A model generated the notes under the pieces. It made no database searches and was not told the DNA's origin. It worked only from the letters and a program-made list of their open reading frames with translations. This document shows positions 12,723 through 25,669 of a DNA stretch of 64,000 nucleotides, piece after piece (within the stretch, counting starts at the first letter, position 1; each line of letters opens with the position of its first letter). The stretch spans positions 69,008,001-69,072,000 of the forward strand of contig NC_045697.1 of NCBI RefSeq assembly GCF_009834535.1, read 5' to 3'. The position numbers and the translations under genes were made by a program. This DNA is from Camelus ferus (lineage: Eukaryota).

Positions 12723-13519
12723 AAAATAATTACCTTAAGTTACTTAAGTGCCTGTGAAATCCCAAATGTGCTTGATGAAATTTACTTTCTTTTCATGGTT
12801 GCAATATGAAGGATTTGTTGACAGCATGTCTTCACCTCAGTAAAGGAAAATTCTACTGAAGCCCAGTATATAAGGTTAAAAAAAAAAACCCAATTATTTA
12901 TTAACTGCCTACTATGAACAAAACATTGGGAACTATGTAAACATTTTTATAGATACCTAGGTACATATATCTCTAGATATAGGTATGGTTATTGACACAG
13001 GACCTAAAAACGTAAGTTAAATAACAATTCAAAATAGAAAAGTGTCAAGAAAATAATAGAAGTCACAAGATGGCATATGATTAATAGTTAAAAAGAGGTG
13101 GCTAGATAAAAGAAATCTTTAGCTTAATTGAACTGGCATAATAACTAACACAAGTGATATATGCCTGTGTCTCACATATACAAGTAGGTAGTTGAAGAAA
13201 TTTTTCCTAACATATTTGTGGTTGAAAGGAATTGATATTCATTACGTCATTATTTCTACACATTTTATAAGGTACCTGAGTTTACTTTTCTTTGCATCCA
13301 TCCCTACCCTTTTTTTTTTTTTAACCATATGAAAATTAAGTCTCCAAAAGTATTTCAAATTCACACAAACCCAAACCTGGATAATTGACTCCAAAGCTTC
13401 CTGTAAATTTCAGCTCCCAAAACCCTAAAATATAATCTTTCATTTTCTCTACCTTCTCCATCCCATTTCCCCGTTTATTCTAATACAACTTATGACTCCT
13501 CTTATCACAACACGTGCAG

Positions 13520-13578
13520 GCGCGCGCGCACACACACGCAGACACACACACACACACACACACACCACACACACACAC
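13520..13578. repeat. Compound (GC)n(AC)n microsatellite
   Basis: gcgcgcgcgcacacacacgcagacacacac... read directly. Confidence 0.95.
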
Positions 13579-15699
13579 CCTCTGCTTCCCCCAGTTCTGA
13601 GGATAGGGCAATATAGCAGGGAAGAATCTTCAAGCCCCAAACTTCAAGATCTTCCCTCCCTCCCACCAACTACCACCAAGAATCTCATCATCTAGTGGTC
13701 TTCAGTCTCCCCACTAATACATACACTACACAGAGAATGCTGTACTAGATGTAGTAAGCAAATCTTAGGAAATACTTGGAATGACCACACCAATTCCTAG
13801 GGATTGGCTAGAATTTGTTCCTGTGCCTGGAACACACTCTTCCAGTAACATGTGTCCTAAGTTTATTTTTATTTTTGTTCTTATATTTCTTATCTATAAT
13901 ATTTAGAGTTGGAAAAATAGATTTCTAGACTCATTTTTAATTTGTAGCATTTACAATTCCAGGAACTGAAAAATAAAGTAAAATAAATAAATAAATAAAA
14001 CAACTTTTTTCAATAAAGGGCACTAGATGGCACAATTTCACCAATTTATGCTAATAAAGTCATCTGTCTTCTTATAATTCACAAATAAAATAATTTACCA
14101 TTATAAATAGCTACACCTAAGTAACAGAAAACCTATATAATAATAAAGAGAAAAGTCCTTTAGAATATTATGTTTCCAGGATACCATGTTTTATGGCTTT
14201 ATGAGTTCATAAACCCATAAACAAGGGTTTAGGAACACAGTAACCAGAATTCTAGCATTAGATGAATAAGTAACCCAAAGAAAATACCAATCTCTCTCTA
14301 TAGTGAAGTATATCAAAAACATATAGACGGTGAACATTTTTATAGAATTACTAACGTACAACAAAACTCTACAATACAATAAAGTGGCATGGTGAGTCCA
14401 TGACTATGAATGCTTATATCAGCTACTGGACAGACTAAAAGTTCAAAATTCTGAATTTTTCTTACTTCAATGTTTACCTTATGCTAATTATACACAATTA
14501 GGGCCTTAGTTTCCTCATGCTTAAAAATGAAAAATATTGATCTAGGAACAATAGAAAATGATTAAGTTGAACCCGATTTAGTATCCAGTTGACCCTTTAT
14601 TTGTTAAAAGTACCATATTTACAGCAAAATTTCCAGATCTATCCAGTATTTTCACAATCACTTCATTTCCTGGAACTATCTATCATTCAGAAAGTTTACC
14701 AGCTTTCTTGAGCCTGACATATGAGACAGCACATCAGCCAAACAAACAGAAGGTGCAGCTCACCTGGATAATCTCCTAACCCTGGCTCAGGCCCTTGGAG
14801 AAGTCTTGCATAATTATACACACAGTGAATACTCCTGCCAGATGGTGCAATCAACTGTGGTAGATCTTTACTTAAGAGATTCTAACAAAGAAATGTCCCT
14901 ACTTAGATACTCTTGCCTAAAGAACACTTCTCCTCTTCAAAGGAAAGTCATCATCTTGGGCAAAGGGAACAGCTTCTGGAGGGTCATATATGAAGAGGGG
15001 AGTAGGGGACATGACATCTAACTTGTTAGCTAGACTGTCCCAAACTCTACTGGATATTAACAGAATGACATGCTACAATCATATTGCCCTTACCTTCCAA
15101 CAGGTGAGGCAGAACAAGGTGGCAGATGGGCTAAAGGAGTGAGAGAACAAGAAGTTCGACAATTCCTAGAGAGGAACTCTTAAAGCAATCCTGGGGGTCC
15201 TTGAAAGTTGATGAGTCCATAAACAGCTCATCAATGGTAATGCTAAGTGGACAGTGCTTTCTTATAGAAAGTTGCTCCCACTTACCTATGACAGCTGAAC
15301 TAATATCAGATCTATACCTGCCAAATTCTACTACATGTTTTACAGAAAGACCTTTAAGAAACTCCAGATTTGTAACCATAATGCTGCTGCCATCCATGAA
15401 TTTAACAAGTTAATCAGCTGTCTTGTTTTTAAGATCGTTTACCATGATAGGGTAGGAAACCAGACTATCTTCTGTTGCTCTGAGATGCTAGGCTTCATTT
15501 CAAAAAGTCTCTTTTTTCCTTCCCCTAAAATGATGTTTAACTGACATGCTGACCAGCACATTCTATGCATTATGATCAATAGGCGGAAAACAAGTACTAA
15601 CAAGATGATAGTATTCTTTGTAAGAAAAAAATATGTATCGTAGACAGATAGGTGAACCCGTTTGGCACCTCTCAAGAGAAGCATTATTATGTGAATAAA

Positions 15700-16768
15700 G
15701 TACGTTGTGGTTTATTCCCCAACATCTCCACTCCATCCCAGAAAACTGTCTGAGCAAATTATAATAATTCTTTCCCTTGACAACAATTACTTCAGGAAAG
15801 GGCATGTGACCCAATTGTGGCTATTATAGGCATAATTCTAAAAGGGTCCCCCAAAGATGTCCCACCCTAATTCCTGAAACCTATGAATGTGATGAGCTTT
15901 CACTCTCATGATTATGTTCTGTTATTTGGCACATTTGGTCCTGGGATAGGGAAATTATCTCTGCAGGCCTAATCTAATCACACAAGCCCTAAAAAAAAGC
16001 AGAGAGGTTTCTTCAGCTGGTGACAGAAAGGAAAGTCAAAGAGACTCAAGGATTCAAGGGAACCACTTGATGAAGAATGTGGGCAGCCTCAAGGGGCTGA
16101 GATCAACCCCCAGCTGATAGCCAACAAGGGAACAGGGACTGGATTTTGTGAATGACCTGAGAGAGCTTGGAAGTGGATTCTTCCTCCAACCCTCCAGCTA
16201 GAAGTCAAGCCCAGCCTACTCCTTGACTTTAGCCTGTGAAGCCCCAAACAGAGAACCCAGTAGAGCCTGCCTGGACTTCTGCCCTACAGAACTGTGAGAT
16301 AATAAATGAGCATTGTAATAAGCTACTAAGTTTGTAATCATTTGTTATGACAGCAATAGAAAACTAATACAGTGGACAAAGAGCTGTAGATATAGACTAC
16401 TAATGTTTCTGAGGAAATTTTATGTACTTCTATGAAAAAGCCACAGGACAAAAGGTGTCTATTCTTTCTTTGAATATTGCTATGTCTGGATCTAATGACT
16501 AGAGCTGACCTGTGGATGTAATGGATTATATCGATGGGATTCTTAAAACTAAATAAGCACAATCACAGAATAAACCTACTTAGTAATAATGCATAGGACA
16601 TAAGTGTATTAAAAAATGGAGCAAACCTAGATCCTCTTGCTACTGAAGAAACCAACCCTGGAGCCCACTCTGTCTCTGGAATAATTGATATGTGAATAAC
16701 AAATGCATTTATTGTCTAAATCAGTTTGAATTAAGGTTTCTTTTATAGACAAAATTTTCTAACTGATA
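15700..16768 (+). mobile_element. ERVL LTR (LTR33/LTR16-like) split by an MLT1E insertion
   Basis: gggcatgtgacccaattgtggc|caaagag rejoins across the MLT1; 3' end ...cagtttgaattaaggtttc...ctaactgata. Confidence 0.6.
15822..16371 (+). mobile_element. MaLR solo LTR, MLT1E-like
   Basis: Typical MLT1 body and end (...agaactgtgagataataaatg...gcaatagaaaactaataca); 5-bp TSD GTGGC/GTGGA. Confidence 0.85.
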
Positions 16769-17580
16769 GAATGGGCATCATTAAAAAGTTAACAAATAAT
16801 AAATGCTGGAGAGGCTGTGGAGAAAAGGGAACTCTCCTACACTGTTCCTGGGAATGTAGTTTGGTGCAGCCATTATGGAAAACAGTATGGAGATTCCTCA
16901 AAAGACTAAAAATAGACTTACCATATGATCCAGCAATCCCACTCCTGGGCATATATCTGGAGGGAACTTTAATTCAAAAAGATACATGCACCCCAATATT
17001 CATAGCAGCGCTATATACAATAACCAAGACATGGAAGAAACCTAAATGTCCATCGAGAGATGACTGGATAAAGAAGTTGTGGTATATTTATACAATTAAA
17101 TACTACCCAGCCATTAAAAAAGAATATAATAATGCCATTTGCAGCAACAAGGATGGACCTGGAGATTGTCATTCTAAGAGAAGTAAGAGAAAGAAAAAAT
17201 TGTATGTTATTACTCATATGTGGAATCTAAAAAAAAAAGAAAAGAAAAAGGAATAAGAGGAGACTATTAAACTCATCTACAAAACAGAAACAGACTCACA
17301 AACATAGTAAACAATCTTACGGTTACCGGGGGAAAGGGAGTGGGAAGGGATAAATTTGAGAGTTTGAAATTTGCAAATGATAACCACTATATATAAAAAT
17401 AGATTTTTTAAAAAAGAGATTTCTTCTGTATATAGCACAGGGAACTATATTCAATATCTTGTAATAACCTTTAATGAAAAAGAATATGAAAATGAATATA
17501 TGTATATATATGCATGACTGGGACATTATGCTGTACACCAGAAATTGACACATTGTAACTGAATATACATCAATAAAAAA
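16769..17580 (+). mobile_element. Lineage-specific (camelid-type) L1 3' fragment: ORF2 C-terminus + 3' UTR
   Basis: ORF 16771-17256 encodes the L1 ORF2 C-terminal motifs ([19 protein letters not shown]...[10 protein letters not shown]...[10 protein letters not shown]); ends with AATAAA and an A-tail. Confidence 0.93.
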
Positions 17581-19518
17581 TTTTAATTGATCGATTTAGT
17601 GATAAAAAACTAGTAGAGTCACATCTGGAGACATAGCATTGGGTAAAGAACACTAGACACTACAATGAGATATACATATGTCTAGCTGCAGTTATATAAT
17701 CTTTAATTTCTTACATGTTTAAGAAAGTATTTCATTTTCTCCCTTTTTTAATCCACAAATCAAATGAAATATAAAAATCTCAGAAGACTATATGAAATAT
17801 GCCTCTGTGATGACATGAAAAATTTCTACCTAATACTAATAAATATAGTTGAGGAATTTAAATTTTGTCAACAAAAATGATGCTTTATTTTCATGGTATG
17901 AAATACTGAAACATAACCAATGCTCAGGAACTTGTAAGTAATTGGTTATATAAATACAGGAGAGATCAGGGTTGAGATAGAGATTTGAAAGTCAGCATAT
18001 AAGAGGTAATTAAAATCATGTTAATTGTCACCCTACATGAGAGAGAAAAAGAGAAGAGCAGTGCCTAAAAACAGAAAGAACTCTAAGAAACAACCAAGTT
18101 TAAAAATCTGTGGGCGAAAGAGAAGGGGCCTGTGAAGGAAAATAATAAAATCAGTTAGGCATATATGATTAGAGTCCAAATAAATAATGTCAGGAAAGCA
18201 AGAGCATAAAGGATGTTTTGAGAAGTGCTTGCCCAGCAATCAGAAGTAGAGAAGAGATTCATTAAGATGAGTATTGAAAAGAATCTACTGAATTTGGCAA
18301 TTTTAATGCATTATGTTATTTTAGTAAAGACAATTTCAGTCATGGGGTGAAAGGGGTGGGGGATAAGCAGAAGCCAGATTGTTGTGGGTTGAGCTGTGGG
18401 AGGGACGCTTCATCTTCTAAGACAGGAGGGAAAGAAATAAGGATGAATGCAGATGTTTATCACAATGGAAATATGCAAATGTGGGCACATGGAAATAATA
18501 TAACAGCAGGGGACCTAAGCTCAAGTGAAATAATTACAAGGAGGAACAATGCTTATGAGATTTCCTAAAACACCATCTCACACAATTAAAATAGCTATTG
18601 ACCTCTGGGATATGGTACCAACCTCAAATGCAGCTGTAAGTAGAGCATTACTGTCTACAGTTGTCAGTACAGAGTGCTATAGTGGGTGGTCGCACAAGAC
18701 TTTGGATACTGGGAACACAGGACTGCCCTCAAAGAGTTAAACTAGTTACTTACATATTATTGATTTATAGGCAAAGTCACCTGAAAGTCAGAATTCCTGC
18801 CAAGTCAAGTCTGCAAGATTTGAGATAATTTATTGAATATATTAACATAGGTAATGAAAGTCTTCATGAAAAAGGGAAGGGGGTATTGATTGGCCATGAA
18901 TGTTGAGTAACCAGGAATCAGTCAGGCAAACCCACTCAAATACAAGGATGAGTACATCCTGCTAACAGGCTATTGCTGATGGAAAACCAACAGAGAAAAT
19001 ATATGCATCAAAATTATTATAATTCATATAACTAGGTACCATAGGAATTAAGAGGAAAAGGAGAGGACTTGTACTTGATCAATGACATATGAGACTTGAG
19101 TCAGGAAGGGAAAAAAAATAAAGGTTGCCAGATACATGGCAGAATTTGCTGCTGTTCAATAAGTTTTTCATTTCTGTCTGTGTTTTGTTTTCCCAACCAG
19201 GTTGCCAAGCTCTTTCTTGTCAGAGCCTCACAGTAAGATTGTAGTGAAAAAGAAACTCTCAATATCACTTTGCTTTAGAGCAGAATTACAGTTAAACTCC
19301 AACAAGTTCACCAGCATATAGGCAGAATATGCTCTTTCCAATGGCCTCATAGGAATTTCTGTCAACTTGGTCCTTCACATGGAGTAATTATCAAATCTCT
19401 TAGTTCTGATTTTCACAGCAGGCTTACAGGTAGGAATAACTGATGTCATTCTTACCATTTAAGGGTGAAATCTTGAGACAATGGAAAGAAGTAGCAAGTA
19501 ATTTGGTCAAGGTTATAC

Positions 19519-19981
19519 TGTTATGGAAATGACAGGCCAGTCAAGAAACAAGCACCACTCGGAGGGTTGGAGTACTCAGATGTATTACGCCGGCGGGCTC
19601 AGAGGGGCTTCTGCTCCGAAGCTCTGAGCACCTCCAAGACATGCGCATGAGGTTTTATAGGGTAAAGTACAAGCTTGGGGTATTCGGCCAAAAGGCATGG
19701 AACAGCTTTAGCATCATTATCATCACAAAAGTGGAGGTGGGAGGCAGCAAACCAACATTCCAAAGCCAGATATGTATCTTTGAAAATCCAGCTGGCTAGC
19801 AAAAAACATAAACAGCAAACCAACACTAATTAACTTAGATTTACAAGTTAGTCCAGCAGAACTCAGATCAGTATTCCAATACTTAGACTTGTGAGTTATC
19901 TTGTTAGCCCAGCCCAGCCTCTCCTTCACATTCCTAGACCTCTGAGTTATCTTGTTAGACTAGCCCAGCTTTTCCTTCACA
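19519..19981 (-). mobile_element. ERV1-class solo LTR (463 bp)
   Basis: TG...CA termini; perfect 4-bp TSD ATAC (19515-19518 / 19982-19985); TATA (ccctataaaa) on the minus strand; CpGs retained. Confidence 0.88.
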
Positions 19982-20067
19982 ATACTATCCATGAGAATCA
20001 AAGACCCAGATCCAAGGTAGAGAAGGGGCACATCCAAGATTTGTGCCCAGAGGGAAAAGGAAGATGC

Positions 20068-20658
20068 TGTAGGTGAAGAGAAAAATCTCTTCCTCCAACC
20101 TTCTTAGCATTACCAGCTAGGGTCCTGCAAATTAGACTGACCAAAGACAGATTAACAAGAGGAAAACAAACAGGTTATTAACATGTGCATTACACATACA
20201 CACAGGGGAGCCCTCAGTGATAACTTAAATGTATGGTTAGAACTTGAGTTTAAAGACCAACAAAGGAAAAGGAGTTTGGTTGGAGGCTTTGGGGCAGGGG
20301 AGGCAAATTATATGAAAGTGACCCGGAAAAGTATGGTAAACAAGGTTGTTTAGTAAGTTTTATTATGCAGTTTCAAGCTGGTGCTTTCTTCGTTGATAAG
20401 AGTTAAGAGTCCCCCTCTCCCTGGTAGGAGAGAGGGAGACATTTCTACAAATGAAAATTTCCTTTATGAATGTAATTTCCCTCACAGAAAGTAAACTTAC
20501 GTTCTGTCTTTTGTTTGTTTGTTTGTTTAAAGTTTTTTGCACTTGTGTCCTGTTTTTAGGGGTTTTCCTGCATCTGCTGGTTCTAAATGGTCTGTAGCTC
20601 AAAATAATCCAAATGCCAAAGAGACATATTTTGGGTAGTATATTCTGATACCCTTCCA
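20068..20658 (-). mobile_element. ERV1 solo LTR, MER34-like
   Basis: Minus-strand start ...gaagggtatcagaatatactacccaaaatatgtctctttggcatttggattattttgagct is the MER34-type LTR 5' end. Confidence 0.8.
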
Positions 20659-20926
20659 TATCTATAAGGCACTAGAAATTCTACTGGCTTTTGCCGTGGT
20701 GGGAACCAGAATACATCTCAAGTTGCCAGAATCTGGTTGCAAATAGTGTTGGATGGTCTTTACTCTTTTCTTCTGTGAGATGAGCTGCAAAGAACATATG
20801 CCTATGGGGCTTCTTCAGGTCACACCCACTGTGTTAGGCAGGGCATGGGGCTAGGAAACAACAGAGAAGTTACACAAACAAGAAGACTTCAAGAAATTTT
20901 AGGGATAACTAACTATTATTATTCAT

Positions 20927-23557
20927 AGTTTATTTTTTATTGTGGTAAAATACATACAATATTTACCATCTTAACTTTTTTAAGTGTGTGGTTCAGTGGT
21001 ATTAAATATATTCATAATATTGTGCAACTGATGCAGGAAAACAGATGTGGGGCATGAGAAGGGCTGTGTCCCAAGTCTTGATGAGCCCCTGGGACATGCT
21101 CCCCCCAAGCATGGGTCCTTGACTTCATGCAGGAAAGAATTCAAGAGCAAGCCATGGTTGAGTAAAGATAGATTTATTCAGAGCGATGCATTGAAAAGCC
21201 ATGAGGTGTTAGGGGTGGGTGCTCAGATTAAAAGTAGGTACACATTCCGTAGACAGAATGTGGGCTGTCTCTGAAGAGGGAGAGAGAAAGGCGTCCTTGA
21301 GGCACTGTGTTTTCAGTTTTTATGGGCTTGGTGGCTTCACATGCTAAAAAGTGGAAGGACCAGTCTAAGTAGCCTGGGGAAGGGGCTGGGATTCCCAGGA
21401 AGTTGGCCATTTCCCACTCTTTGACCTTTTGTGGTTAGCCCTGGGACTGCCATGGTGCCTGTGGGCATGTTATTCACCATGTTAATATATTACAATGAGT
21501 GTATAATGAAGCTCAAGGTCTACTAGAAGTTAAATCTCTCATCATTCTGAGCCTCAAGGCCTACTGGAAGTTGAATCTTTCACCATTTTGATGTTAATTG
21601 CTGTAGCATTCCTTGAATGGCTGTGCCCTGCCCCCTTCCATCCTGTCTCACAACCACCACCACTAACCATCTCCAAAACTGTTTTCATCTTGTAAAACTC
21701 TATACCCACTAAGCAACTCCTCATTCACACCTCCTCTCAGCCCCTGGTAACCATCATTCTACTTTCTGTCTCTGTGATTTTGACTCCTCTAAGTACTTCA
21801 TGTAAGTGAAATCATAAGCATTGTCTTTTTATGACTGGTTTATTTTACTTAACATAATGTCCAACTTAAGGTTCAACCATGTAGTAACAAATATCAGAAT
21901 TTCCTTCCTTTCTAAGACTGAACAATACTTCATTGCATGTGTATACCACATTTTGCTTACCCACTTAACAGCTGATAGACACTTGGGTTGCTTTCATATT
22001 TTAGCTATTGTGAATAATGCTGCTCTGAATGTGGATATACAAATATCTTTTCAAGATCCTGCTTTCAATTCTTTGGGGTATATATCTAGAAATGAAATTC
22101 CTAGATACATGGTAATTTGATTTTTACTTTTTTAAGGAAGCATCATACTGTTTCCACAGTGGATACAGGAATTTACATTCCCACCAATAGTGCACTGGGG
22201 TTCTAATATCTCTACATCCTAATAGCTATCATAATGGGTGTGAGATGGGCTCTCATTATACTTTTGATTTGCATTTCCCTAATGCATGGTGATGTTGAGT
22301 ATCTTTTCATATGTTTATTGGCCATTTGTATATCTTCCTTGGAGAAATGTCTATTCAAATCCTTTGCTCATATTTTAATTGCATTGTTTGTTTTTTTAGT
22401 ATTGAGTTTTAGGAGTCCTCTGTATTAATCCCTTATCAGATATATGATTCCCAAATATTTTCTCTTGTCCTGTGGTTTGCCTTTCTTACTCTATTGATAC
22501 TGTCTTCTCATGCACACAATTTTTTAACTTTTATAAAGTTCACTTGGTCTATTTTTGTTTTGTTTTGTTTTCTGTGCCTTTGGTGTCATATCCAAGAAGT
22601 CATTGCCAAATCCAATGTCGTGAAGCTCTTGCCCTATGTTTTCTTCTAAGAGTTTTTTAGTTTTAGGTCTTACATTTATATCTTTGATCTATTTTCAGTT
22701 AACTTTTGTATGATGTTAGGTAAGGGGTCAACTTCATTCTTTTCTATGTGGATATACAGTATTACCAACACAATTTGTTGAAAAGACTGTTTTTCCCATT
22801 GAATGGTCTTGGAATCCTGGTCAAAAATCGGTTGACAGTATATGAAAAGAATTTATTTCTGGGCTCTCTATTCTATTCCACTGATCCACATGTCTGTCTT
22901 TATGCCGGTACCACACTGTTTTGATTACTGTTACTTTATAGTAAGTTTTGAAATCAGGAATGTGGGTCTTCCAGTTTTGTTCTCCTTTTTCAAAACTGTT
23001 TTGGCTATTTGGGATTCCTTGAGATTTTATATGAATTTTTGCATAGATTTTTCTGCTTCTGGGGAAAAAAAATTGCTGGGATTTTGATAGGTATGTGTTG
23101 AATCTGTAGATTGCTTTTGGTAGTACTGACTTCTTAACAGTATAAATCTGCCAATCCATGAACATGGAATGTGTTTTCATTTATTTATTTTTTTAAATTT
23201 CTTTAAACATTTTGTAGCTTTTGTTGTAAAAGTCTTTCACATTCTCAGTGAGTTCCTAAGCATTTTATTCTTTCTGATGCTATACACAGAATTGTTTTCA
23301 TTTCTTTTCAGATTGTTCACTGTAACTGCATAGAAATGCAATTTATTTTTTGTTTGTTAATATTGTATCCTACTACTTTGTTGAATTCATATGTTAGTTC
23401 TAACAGGTTTTTGTTTTTTTTGTGTGTGTAATCTCACAATTTTTCTATATATAAGATTATGTCATCTGAGAACAGAGAGCGTTTTACTTCTTCCTTTCCA
23501 ATTTGGATGCCTTTTGTTTCTTTTTTTTACCTAAGTGCTCTGGTTAGAACTTTCAGT
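20927..23557 (-). mobile_element. Older L1 (L1MA/MB-like) 3' ~2 kb, interrupted by an LTR
   Basis: Antisense L1 3' UTR and ORF2 3' part. ORF 22821-23180(-) gives L1 ORF2 motifs (LPKAIYRFN...PDFKTYYKVTVIKTVWYRHKDRHVDQWNRIESPEIN). Confidence 0.92.
21029..21650 (-). mobile_element. ERV1-class solo LTR (622 bp) nested in L1
   Basis: TG...CA termini; perfect 4-bp TSD CAAC (21025-21028 / 21651-21654); minus-strand AATAAA near 21175; the host L1 sequence resumes after the TSD. Confidence 0.9.
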
Positions 23558-25669
23558 ACAATTATTCATAACTTCAACAATTTTTTGCAACTTCATAAAT
23601 TCTCCACTGTTGTTATTGCTTACATTATTTTTTTGTTTTGCTTTGTTTTCCAATCTTTGCTTTTAATCAAGCAATTTTAAGAATTGGAGGCAGTGTTGGG
23701 GGGAAAAAAGGCAAAGGTATTTCAGACATTTATTATAGCTATCGATCAAAGGACACACTCACATGTATTTAGGAAAGCTCAAGTAAGCATGGATTTTTCT
23801 GCATTGATATTTTTTACCACACTCATTAGGTCAATTCATAATTAAGTATAAAGGAGCATCATTTTAAAAACAATATACAGAATGAGAATTAACATTCACT
23901 GATTCACTGAGTGTATAATCCATGATTTGGCACTATCTAATTCTTGGAAGAATCATGTAAAGTTTTTATTTACAGAAGAGAAAGCTAAAGTTCAAAAAGA
24001 TTGGTGATAAATGTGTGACATAGGTTACAGGGCTAAGATAAAAGCCCAGTTCTGATTTCAGAATTCTTTTCACAATGCTACAGTGCTTTCATATTACATT
24101 CAAACCAGCAAGTGTTTTTTTGAGAGCAACAGAAGAAAAGGAAATGACTAAAGTTGAAATGACTTGTAAAGTGATTTAAAAAGGCTATTTACACATCTTT
24201 CAATTTGAGTTTGAGTTGTAAGAATCTTTGGTCCATGGAAAGAAATTGTTCAGCGTATCACTGAAATAGTATCTAATGCTAATAGATACTACTGATAGGT
24301 CTGTCTAGCTATTGGTGCTGTAGAGAATCCATTAGCATCTCCATTTAAAAGGGAAGGTATTCTTTTGAGTGAATTCCCAAACACTATAAAGGTATCAAAC
24401 TCACACCAACTACACAGATACAAAAACTAAAGAGTTAAAAAAAAAATTAAAGAAGACATGTTGTGGTCATGGGATTGTGGATAATTTCACTTTCTTTTAA
24501 CAAAAAATGTCCTATGTGTTATTATCTTTGCTTATTTTATATTCAATAAACATCAGGAGGAAAAATATTATAAGGGAATTTCCTTATGAATTGCTCTTCT
24601 AGTGTCATTTAAAAAATTATTTTCTTGAGGCTTGGGACTGATCGAATTCTGGATGAACTTATTCAATTTCTTAGAATTAATTTTTTACAATGCAAATCCT
24701 TTGGTCTGTGCTGAGACAGTAAATTCTGTCTCCCAGGCAACTTTGTGTAAATCAAAGCTGAAGGTCAGACCAAAGTTAATGTATTACATTAAAGTAAAAT
24801 AGGATTGCTTTGCATTTCAATTGGTGCTACTTGATTTTGTGTGTTTAAATGTCCCTATTACCATTGTTGGTTAATTCTAGGTAATTTGAATCCCTTGTAC
24901 ATTTAAGGTCTAAAGCATTTTATAAAAGGAAAATTAAATTTTAAAAGTTAAACAGTAGTTAAATAAAATAATTAATCAAGTGATAAATTTTTATCTTCAT
25001 ATTTTAATAAAAAACATTAAAATCCAAACATCAATAAGATAACATTACTCACCTATAAAATAAGCAGATTTACAAAATAGTACTCAACACCAGGAAGGGA
25101 AACAGAGAACTGTTTCCTGTTTTGGCTCCACATTTCTACAGACTCCTAATTCAGGTCCTCATTTTCTCCCACCTAGACAACCTCAAAATCTCCCTTCTAA
25201 CTAATCTGCCTGATCCCCAGTCTTACATTTCTTAAATCCAGTCTCCACACTGCAGCCTGAGAAATCTATCTAAAATAAAATTCTAACAATGTTATTGCAT
25301 GTGTTTCTCAGCCTCTCAGTTTCCAAGGTAGAATAATTAACGATGTATCTGTAAAGGAATAGCTAAATATATAGTTGCAGCTCAGTTCCGCCATGGTTAG
25401 CACTAAATCCAAGATTTGCTCCTCTGACAGCCACAGCAAGGTAAATTAGAATTTCAATGTTGTTTAGTAAGCATGGGATTAGACTAGGGACATCTTTTAT
25501 ACATTTCGAAAGGTTAAGGGAATCCAGTTAAAGCAGCCTGGGGCACTCACCTACTCATTTTTATCAGTCTGAGCGTTCTCTGCCTGCACAGTGCTTGGGT
25601 CGCCGTTAGCAACTCTGTCTTTGGGGGTTTCATATTCTCGACCCCATACAGAACTTACTTGTTTGTTTA

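Noticed and set aside
16771..17256. 161-aa ORF, the longest in the window
   Set aside because: L1 ORF2 C-terminal fragment of a 5'-truncated element, not a host gene.
18549..19000. Possible RTE/L4 RT-like peptide (AVSRALLSTVV...)
   Set aside because: Similarity too weak to support without an HMM search.
21512..21578. ~26-bp direct repeat with a short spacer (ctcaagg.ctact.gaagtt.aatct), superficially CRISPR-like
   Set aside because: Only two imperfect copies, inside an LTR U3 region of a mammalian genome, with no cas genes.
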